Shown here: positions 17,578 through 23,636 of the stretch, piece after piece
How positions within the stretch are numbered: the stretch's first letter is position 1
How the letters are laid out: each line of letters begins with the position of its first letter
NCBI GenBank assembly: GCA_963716945.1
Contig: OY970322.1
Coordinates: forward strand, 210,001-242,000
DNA length: 32,000 nucleotides
Direction: 5' to 3'
Source of the DNA: Candidatus Saccharimonadota bacterium
Lineage (GTDB): Bacteria; Patescibacteriota; Saccharimonadia; Saccharimonadales; UBA4665
Notes under the pieces: generated by a model
The model's database searches: none
Told to the model about the DNA's origin: nothing
Seen by the model: the letters and a program-made list of their open reading frames with translations, nothing else
Position numbers and translations under genes: made by a program

Positions 17578-18854
17578 GAGAACTGGATTTGCTGGTCGCC
17601 GGTGCGTTCCGGCGAAATCCAGTGGCTGGCGACCCGGCTGCGGTTGAGGGCCTGCTTGAAGTTGAAGATACAGCGGAAAATAGCCGCCAGCTGAATAACA
17701 TTCATTAGGTAGAACACGAAGTACATCATCGGCGCGTAGAGGCTCATCTTGAGCTTCTTGGCGGCATTCATGTGTTCATCCGGCCAAACGTTGAGCAACA
17801 AGTATAAGGTGATGGTCATGTAGGCGCCGATCAGCATCGAGGGGTTGAACAGCAGGTAGCAGACATAGATGACGTAGCCGATCGCCAGCGGCTCCAGCAG
17901 CAGCATCAATTCGCCCAGGAAAGCCATCGGCAGGCGGTAGAACGTTAGTCCGCGGCTGTAGCGTTTGTCGGTGTTGGCGACCAGGCCGCGGTACTTGATG
18001 AGGTTTTGCAGGCTGCCGAGTTTCCAGCGGTAGCGCTGGCGCATCAGGCCCTTGAAAGTCTGAACGCCTTCGGTCATGGCCAGGACGTTGGCGGCGTAAA
18101 TGATACGGTGTTCGCGGTTGCCCTGGGCGACGACCTTGAGGCTCAGGCCGATGTCTTCGGTCGTGGTGTCGTTGTCGTAGAGATGGACTTTTTTGAGCAT
18201 GTCGCGGCGGTAGGTCGAGGCGACGCCGCCGACGATGAACTCGCTGTTGGTGATGGAGAAGAACTTTTTGGAACGGTAGCCGACCATGTGCTCGAATTTT
18301 TGCAGCAGGCCGAGCATGCTCAGGCTGTCCAGGATACGGACGTTAGCCGCTACGCCGACCACTTTGGGGTCGTCGAAATAGGTAACGGCATTGCTGATGC
18401 TCTTGCGGTGGAGTACGGAGTCGGCATCGAGCGCCATGACCAGGTCGCCGGTAGCGCCCCGCCGCAGGGCGTGGTTGAGGGCTTCGGCTTTGCCGCCGTT
18501 GACCCGCTTGTACATTAGCCGGATATCGCGGTTCGGGTGCTGCTTGATATATTGGCGTACCAGCCGGCGGGTGTCGTCGGTCGAAGCGTCGTCGATGACG
18601 ATGATCTCAAGCTTGCGGTAGGTGTTCTTGCGGACCGATTCCAGGCAGCGCACGATGCCGGCCGCTTCGTTGTGGGCCGGGATCAGGACGCTGACTTTGG
18701 GCCGGAGCTTGTGGTGCGAGCGGGCGGCCATGCGGGCGTGGCGCCGGAACTGCCAGATGTCGTAGTAATTGGCACCGACCAGATAGAGGCCCAGGTGGAC
18801 GATATCGATCACGCTGATGGTGATGAAAAGGTAGAACAAGAATTGCAGAAACAT
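17574..18854 (-). CDS. processive family-2 glycosyltransferase (PgaC/IcaA/NodC-like membrane synthase)
   Basis: Has VLIPAHNE, IVIDDASTDDT, ALDADS, TEDIGLS and QRYRWKLG (the Q-x-x-R-W processivity motif), with an N-terminal TM segment and about 4 C-terminal TM segments. Confidence 0.85.
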   Translation of the reverse strand: MFLQFLFYLFITISVIDIVHLGLYLVGANYYDIWQFRRHARMAARSHHKLRPKVSVLIPAHNEAAGIVRCLESVRKNTYRKLEIIVIDDASTDDTRRLVRQYIKQHPNRDIRLMYKRVNGGKAEALNHALRRGATGDLVMALDADSVLHRKSISNAVTYFDDPKVVGVAANVRILDSLSMLGLLQKFEHMVGYRSKKFFSITNSEFIVGGVASTYRRDMLKKVHLYDNDTTTEDIGLSLKVVAQGNREHRIIYAANVLAMTEGVQTFKGLMRQRYRWKLGSLQNLIKYRGLVANTDKRYSRGLTFYRLPMAFLGELMLLLEPLAIGYVIYVCYLLFNPSMLIGAYMTITLYLLLNVWPDEHMNAAKKLKMSLYAPMMYFVFYLMNVIQLAAIFRCIFNFKQALNRSRVASHWISPERTGDQQIQFS

Positions 18855-18856
18855 CG

Positions 18857-19435
18857 TTAAACCACTTGTACGAGCTTAAACACGAACAGCGTGCGGTTTT
18901 GGTACCACAGGCCCGAGCACGTTTGCAGGGTTAGGATCGGCGGACCCTGGTAGGTGAAGAGGGAAGTGTCGGTCGGTTTAGTGATGCGTTCGCTAACCAT
19001 CTTGTAGACGAACTTGTGGTTATTGGTGGTCGTGACTATGGCTTCGTCACCGGGCTGGACCTTGAGCAATTTATAAAAGACGGCCCAGCGGTTGTGGCCA
19101 TAAATGAAAGTGTTGCCGTTGCCGTTGTTCGGCTCGGGCGTGACGGTAGCATATTCGGCATTGGTGAGGCTCAGAGACCACGTCTGGGAGGCCTTATTGT
19201 AGTAGCCGGGGTCGATGTCGTCGGAAATGTCTACGCCGGGGATGTCGATATGGGCCGGGAAGCCGCTGATGGTCGGTTTTTTCAGGGTGGAAGTACTGCT
19301 GGCCTGGGAAGCGAAGAAGGGCTGGGAATTCCTTTGCTGCCAAGACTGTATCAAGTGCTGGGAACTCAGAAACAGGCCTGTCAGGACAAGGAGCAGGCCG
19401 ATCGTGAAATAAAATCGTAGCTTCTGGTTCTTCAT
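18857..19435 (-). CDS. sortase-family transpeptidase
   Basis: N-terminal membrane anchor, catalytic His (FIYGHN), the LTLQTCSG catalytic Cys motif and a downstream Arg (NRTLFVF). It ends 2 nt before the GT2 start. Confidence 0.85.
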   Translation of the reverse strand: MKNQKLRFYFTIGLLLVLTGLFLSSQHLIQSWQQRNSQPFFASQASSTSTLKKPTISGFPAHIDIPGVDISDDIDPGYYNKASQTWSLSLTNAEYATVTPEPNNGNGNTFIYGHNRWAVFYKLLKVQPGDEAIVTTTNNHKFVYKMVSERITKPTDTSLFTYQGPPILTLQTCSGLWYQNRTLFVFKLVQVV

Positions 19436-19446
19436 GTCTAAAGTCC

Positions 19447-19491
19447 AACAAAAAGAGGGGGCGGGAGCTTGATAAGCGCCCGTATCCCCTC
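19447..19491 (-). terminator. hairpin plus T-tract between the mini-LPXTG gene and the sortase (terminator/attenuator)
   Basis: Minus strand reads GAGGggatacGGGCG-loop-CGCCCCCTC followed by TTTTTGTT. Confidence 0.45.
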
Positions 19492-19518
19492 CTTGTTCTT
19501 GCGTCGGTCGACGGCTAT

Positions 19519-19704
19519 TTAGGCTTTGTAGGCCTGCTTAGCCGCGAACCGGGCAATTGTTGAAAGCATGATAACTCCACCGGTTACGATGCTTATGATA
19601 GAAGTAACCAGCAAAAGATGGTTACCACCAGTGTTTGGTAGAACAGCAACACCGGCTACCGTAGTAGCTGCTGATGCTGCGCCGCCGCCTTTGCCTCCGT
19701 ACAT
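19519..19704 (-). CDS. 61-aa protein consisting almost only of an LPXTG sorting signal (LPNTG + TM + RFAAKQAYKA tail)
   Basis: Sequence is MYGGKGGGAASAATTVAGVAV-LPNTG-GNHLLLVTSIISIVTGGVIMLSTIA-RFAAKQAYKA. An AGGAGG SD lies upstream and a consensus promoter is present. The gene is adjacent to the sortase. Confidence 0.7.
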   Translation of the reverse strand: MYGGKGGGAASAATTVAGVAVLPNTGGNHLLLVTSIISIVTGGVIMLSTIARFAAKQAYKA

Positions 19705-19745
19705 AGTACGTCCTCCTATTAACAGAGAATTCGGGTCTACGAACC

Positions 19746-19770
19746 ATACCTGTTCACGTGTGACAGGTAT
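19746..19770. promoter_or_regulatory. 25-bp dyad ATACCTGT-N9-ACAGGTAT (centre CACGTG) in the 5' leader of the mini-LPXTG gene
   Basis: Perfect 8-bp arms lie between the predicted promoter and the SD. Confidence 0.45.
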
Positions 19771-19805
19771 ACCCTCGCAGAGATTCCGCGCTCTCTTAAA
19801 GACTT

Positions 19806-19833
19806 ATTATACATAATGCTGACAACTTGTAAA
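19806..19833 (-). promoter_or_regulatory. sigma70-type promoter TTTACA-N16-(TG)TATAAT for the mini-LPXTG gene
   Basis: Minus strand reads TTTACAagttgtcagcattaTGTATAAT. It predicts a leader of roughly 95 nt. Confidence 0.6.
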
Positions 19834-19878
19834 GTATATTATTTGAATTGCTTATGCTAAGGTGTCATGGCATGCTAA

Positions 19879-19900
19879 ATACCCGGCCGGAACCGGGTAT
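19879..19900 (-). terminator. hairpin ATACCCGG-N6-CCGGGTAT downstream of the deacetylase stop
   Basis: The 8-bp stem is 33 nt after the stop. Only a short T-run (TTT) follows on the minus strand. Confidence 0.4.
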
Positions 19901-19932
19901 CTATTCAGGCCTCCCGACCGGCTGTTTTGGCG

Positions 19933-22200
19933 TTAGTTCTGGTACCAGCGGACGTCGTCCACATAAGCCGTGATGCCCGAATTGCCGACTATGATTACCT
20001 GTAAGCTGGCTGACGCGACGCTAGCCGAACTGGGGACGTAGGTAAAGCTGACGTTGCTGGTGCCGACGGTCGAAACGCCGACTTTGTACTGGCCGGAAAT
20101 CCAGTTGCCGCTGCTGTCGTATTCGTCGACGTAGAAGGCCACCTCGCCACTGGTCAGGGTTTGCAGGTTCAGATAGGTAGTTAACGTGTAAGTTTTGGTC
20201 GGGTCAACCGTTACTTTCGGCGAGAACAGATGGATGTTGGCCGGCGTGGCGGGGGCCACCGCTTTGACGGAGTTGACGGGGTTATTGGGGCTGCCGTTGT
20301 TGCCGCTGTCAGCCGTGATGTTGGCCGGGTCGTCGGTACTCCAGCCGTCGGCGATACCATCATCGAAGGTGCCGTTAGCGACCAGGTTGGTCGGGGCTAC
20401 CGGCGTCGTAGTTGTCAACGGGAACCACTGGACGTTATCGACGTAGGCGGTGATGCCGCTGCCTGAGGCTATAACCTGCAGGCTGGCTGAAGCGACGTTG
20501 GCCGAGCTGGGCGTGTAGGTGAAGTTCATCTCTTCGACGAAAGACGAGGTTTCCTGCTTGAGATACTGGCCGGAAATCCAGTTGCCGCTGCTGTCGTATT
20601 CGTCGACGTAGAAGGCCACCTCGCCGCTGGTGATAGCCTGGACGTTGAGGAAGCTTTTGAGCATGTAGGTGGTATTCGGGTTGACGGTGACTTTCGGCGA
20701 GAACAGGTGGGCGTTGCCTGAAGCGCCGGTGCTGAATTTGATCGAGTTGGTCGGGTCGGGGTAGCTGCCGTTGTCGCCGCTATCGGCCGTTACGTCGGCC
20801 GGGTTGTCGGTCGTCCAGCCGTCGGCGATGCCGTCGTTGAAGCTGGCGTTGGGCAACAGGTTGGTACTGCTGGTAACCAGGCCCTGGCTGACGGTGACGG
20901 GGTTGATTAAACCGGCCGCTTCTTTGGCTTGGACGTAAGCCGCGATTTGGTCGAGCTCGGCCGTACCGTATTGATAGTCGTCCGGATTGGTGCTGGGTTT
21001 CGGCATGATGTCGTGGAAAGTTAAGATCAGCCATTGCTTGTTGGTTATGGCGTTGTTGATCTGGGCTTCGACATCGGCTACGGTGTCGGTGGTTTCCTGA
21101 ACGGTGTAGTCCTGCAGGTAGTAATCGCTGTAGGGCCAGACGTTGGCGCTGTTGGCCGCGTTCTTGAACTGGCGCATGGTGGCGTAAGATTTGGCGATCT
21201 GGGCCAGCACGTTATTGTTGTAATCGCCGTAGGGCGGCGCGAAATCGGTGGCGTTGATACCGTTGGCGGCCAAAGCGCTCTTGCTGTTAACCAGTTCGGC
21301 ATCGACCTGTGCGGTAGTCAGAGTGTTGGTCTGGCAGTCGTCGGGGTCCTGGGCGGCGCTGCTGGCCAGGCAGTCGTGGTCGACGGTGTGCGAACCGATT
21401 TCCCAGCCGTAATTGTTTTGCAGCTGGGCAATTTGCGGCCAGCTCATGTAGGTTGTGTCGTTGTTGGCGCGGCAGGTGTTGGGCTCTATCGTCATGCCGA
21501 CGCAGCCGGTAATGATGTAGTCGGTGCCGATTAGGCCGTACTTGTAAAGCGTCGGCGCGGCCTGGCTGACGGCAGACGTTAAGCCGTCATCGAACGTGAA
21601 GGAAACTTTGGCGGTCGGCGTGTAGTTGGATGCCGGGTTGAAAGTCGAGGGCGGAGGGGTGGCCGGCGGCGTCGGAATCGGCGCGGGGTTATTAACGGTC
21701 ACGGTCACGGAAGCGGAAGTCGTGCTCAAATTGTCTATATTGGTCGCCACGGCGGTCAGCTTATGGCTGGCGTTGGTAGCGGTGGTGCTGTCCCAGCTGA
21801 AGCTGTAAGGTGCAGCCGTTACTGCGCTGCCCAGGTTAGTGCCGTCAAGTTTGTATTGGACGCTGGCAATGCCTTGGGCGTCGCTGACGCTGGCCGTGAT
21901 GGTCTGGGTACCGGTAATGACCGCTTTGGCGGCCGGACTGGTGATACTGATTTTCGGCGCCGTCGGCTTGGTCGTCTTAGCCGGAGGCGTAGTTGTCTTC
22001 GGCGGCGTCTTGGCAGAATTAACGGCCGGACTGGCGATGGAATTAGTAGAACCGGAAGGGGTACCGATAGTTATTTTTTGCGTGATCGGCGCGCCTACGG
22101 CTACGGCTTGCAAGGGGGCAAGCATTACTGCTACGGCCGTGGCTAGGGCGACAGCCGGGCGTAAATTTTGAATTAACTTTTTAAAACTGCTGGTGCTCAT
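19933..22200 (-). CDS. secreted polysaccharide deacetylase (NodB homology domain) with Ig-like N-terminal region and two tandem C-terminal carbohydrate-binding-like modules
   Basis: It has a signal peptide (ALATAVAVMLAPLQAVAVGA) and a TP-rich linker. NodB motifs are FTFDDG and GSHTVDH. Two ~155-aa repeats follow (DGIADGW...GEVAFYVDEYDSSGNWISGQY...ITAYVD). There is no LPXTG. Confidence 0.85.
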   Translation of the reverse strand: MSTSSFKKLIQNLRPAVALATAVAVMLAPLQAVAVGAPITQKITIGTPSGSTNSIASPAVNSAKTPPKTTTPPAKTTKPTAPKISITSPAAKAVITGTQTITASVSDAQGIASVQYKLDGTNLGSAVTAAPYSFSWDSTTATNASHKLTAVATNIDNLSTTSASVTVTVNNPAPIPTPPATPPPSTFNPASNYTPTAKVSFTFDDGLTSAVSQAAPTLYKYGLIGTDYIITGCVGMTIEPNTCRANNDTTYMSWPQIAQLQNNYGWEIGSHTVDHDCLASSAAQDPDDCQTNTLTTAQVDAELVNSKSALAANGINATDFAPPYGDYNNNVLAQIAKSYATMRQFKNAANSANVWPYSDYYLQDYTVQETTDTVADVEAQINNAITNKQWLILTFHDIMPKPSTNPDDYQYGTAELDQIAAYVQAKEAAGLINPVTVSQGLVTSSTNLLPNASFNDGIADGWTTDNPADVTADSGDNGSYPDPTNSIKFSTGASGNAHLFSPKVTVNPNTTYMLKSFLNVQAITSGEVAFYVDEYDSSGNWISGQYLKQETSSFVEEMNFTYTPSSANVASASLQVIASGSGITAYVDNVQWFPLTTTTPVAPTNLVANGTFDDGIADGWSTDDPANITADSGNNGSPNNPVNSVKAVAPATPANIHLFSPKVTVDPTKTYTLTTYLNLQTLTSGEVAFYVDEYDSSGNWISGQYKVGVSTVGTSNVSFTYVPSSASVASASLQVIIVGNSGITAYVDDVRWYQN
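19936..20388 (-). repeat. C-terminal copy of the intragenic tandem module (~477-nt period)
   Basis: It is paralogous to 20389-20865. A 62-nt stretch at 20087-20148 is identical to 20564-20625. Confidence 0.85.
20389..20865 (-). repeat. N-terminal copy of the intragenic tandem module
   Basis: See the partner copy. Protein-level similarity runs throughout, and the nucleotide identity is perfect only in the 62-nt core. Confidence 0.85.
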
Positions 22201-22269
22201 AAGACTAAGTTCCCGATTAATAGCTTGCTATTAAGGACAGAACACCACCATACTGACCGTTGGCTCATT

Positions 22270-22297
22270 AGTATATAATTAATTCTAATAATTGCAA
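22270..22297 (-). promoter_or_regulatory. sigma70-type promoter TTGCAA-N16-TATACT for the deacetylase gene
   Basis: Minus strand reads TTGCAAttattagaattaattaTATACT, about 70 nt upstream of the ATG at 22200. Confidence 0.45.
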
Positions 22298-22493
22298 TAC
22301 CTTTTTGGCGCCATCCGCCATTTTATTTTGATTTATATCTGTAAAAATGACATTAAAAGTCAAGTTAAAATTAATTGCCTTCGCAGCACAAGCATAATGA
22401 ATAAAAAGCTGAAGCGTTTTGATGCCGGCCCGGGTTCCGCCGGACAATTTTATCGGCACCGGCCAGCTGTATTACAATATTGCCTAGACGCTT

Positions 22494-22817
22494 ATGGACC
22501 ACAAAACAGTCGAAGACTATATCCTCAGCATGCCAAACGCCCGGCTTGATTACCCGTTTGGCGAAGACGTGGCCGTTTATAAAGTCGACGATAAGATGTT
22601 CGCGCTGATCAGGGAAGGCAAAGAACCGGTCCAGCTGAGCCTAAAATGCGACCCCGAACTGAGCAAACTGCTGCGCGAGAAGTATGACGAGGTCATGCCC
22701 GGCTACCATCTGAATAAAAAGCACTGGAACACGTTGGTCCTGACCGGCCAACTGGCGTGGGACGACGTGCAGGGGCTAGTCCGCCACAGTTACGATCTGG
22801 TGGCCGGGTCGGCTTAG
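22494..22817 (+). CDS. MmcQ/YjbR-family protein
   Basis: YPFGEDVAVYKVDDKMFALI...LKCDPELSKLLREKYDEVMPGYHLNKKHWNTLVL is typical of the YjbR fold family. Confidence 0.8.
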   Translation: MDHKTVEDYILSMPNARLDYPFGEDVAVYKVDDKMFALIREGKEPVQLSLKCDPELSKLLREKYDEVMPGYHLNKKHWNTLVLTGQLAWDDVQGLVRHSYDLVAGSA

Positions 22818-23566
22818 TCCGAGGCGGGAAGCGTGTTGAGCTGGGTCAGCAATAGCTGGGCCTGGCTGTAGTCGCTGCTGAAGAGCGCGCGTTTGGTTTT
22901 GTCGGTCGTGCCGTTGTAGGCCAGTTTGAGGTCGTTTTCGTAAGCCGCCAGCTCGGAGTTCATAATTGTCTTAAATGTCTGGTCATAAATGCCGGCCGTG
23001 ACGGCGCTGGCCAGCTGCGCGTCGGTACTGCTGCTGACTTTCAGGTTAAGAGTCTTGATCTTGAGTTTTGAGCCGCTGCCGACGATGTATTTTATGATAG
23101 CCGCCTGTGAGCTGCCGACGCTAAGCTGGCTGGTCGCGGCGAAGTTCTGGTCGGTGGTAGTCAGGCTCGGCTGTCCGCTGGCGGCGGTAGACAGGTGTAT
23201 CAATTCCTGCTGGTCTTGGGCGATGCCGGTCATCGTGGCCAAGCCCGGGTTGTGGTTAAGAATAGCCTTGACTATGAGAAATGCGATTAGCAGGACCAGC
23301 AAGCCGCCGGCGACATATACGGCCCGCATGCCGGTGGAATTGCTGCCCGGCAAAGTGAAAGCTTTGCCGCCCGCCGGCTCGCCGGGATGGGTAATGAAGT
23401 CATAAGGCTGGGCCTGGACTTGGGGTTGGAATTGCGGCTGGGGTTGGGGCGGCTGAGGCTGCGCTTGCGGCTGCGGCTGCGGCCTGAAACCGCCTGCCGG
23501 TCCGGCCGGAGGCACGGGCGGCGGCATCGGCGGTCGCGGCGGTTCGGGGGGTGATTGCGGCGGCAT
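22814..23566 (-). CDS. single-pass membrane protein with a Pro/Gln-rich cytoplasmic N-terminus and an unknown extracytoplasmic domain
   Basis: N-terminal PPEPPRPPMPPPVPP and (PQ)n repeats are followed by one TM segment (AVYVAGGLLVLLIAFLIVKAIL). I recognise no motif in the C-terminal ~150 aa. Confidence 0.6.
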   Translation of the reverse strand: MPPQSPPEPPRPPMPPPVPPAGPAGGFRPQPQPQAQPQPPQPQPQFQPQVQAQPYDFITHPGEPAGGKAFTLPGSNSTGMRAVYVAGGLLVLLIAFLIVKAILNHNPGLATMTGIAQDQQELIHLSTAASGQPSLTTTDQNFAATSQLSVGSSQAAIIKYIVGSGSKLKIKTLNLKVSSSTDAQLASAVTAGIYDQTFKTIMNSELAAYENDLKLAYNGTTDKTKRALFSSDYSQAQLLLTQLNTLPASD

Positions 23567-23573
23567 GACCTTA

Positions 23574-23582
23574 ATTAAACCA
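23574..23582 (-). promoter_or_regulatory. extended -10 (TGGTTTAAT), 7 nt upstream of the ATG at 23566; putative leaderless promoter
   Basis: Minus strand reads TGGTTTAAT-taaggtc-ATG. Confidence 0.45.
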
Positions 23583-23621
23583 TAAGCTTAAGCGTCAAGT
23601 GAAGCGGCCGCCCGGATAGTC

Positions 23622-23630
23622 TGCTATTCT
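23622..23630 (+). promoter_or_regulatory. extended -10 (TGCTATTCT), 6 nt upstream of the MFS ATG; putative leaderless promoter
   Basis: Sequence is TGCTATTCT-gttgtc-ATG with no SD. Confidence 0.45.
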
Positions 23631-23636
23631 GTTGTC

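Noticed and set aside
22268-22549. ORFs of 63 aa (minus) and 85 aa (plus) in the AT-rich gap upstream of the YjbR-like gene
   Set aside because: They have no SD or leaderless-type promoter at their starts, and their composition is odd. The plus-strand ORF runs out of frame into the YjbR-like gene.
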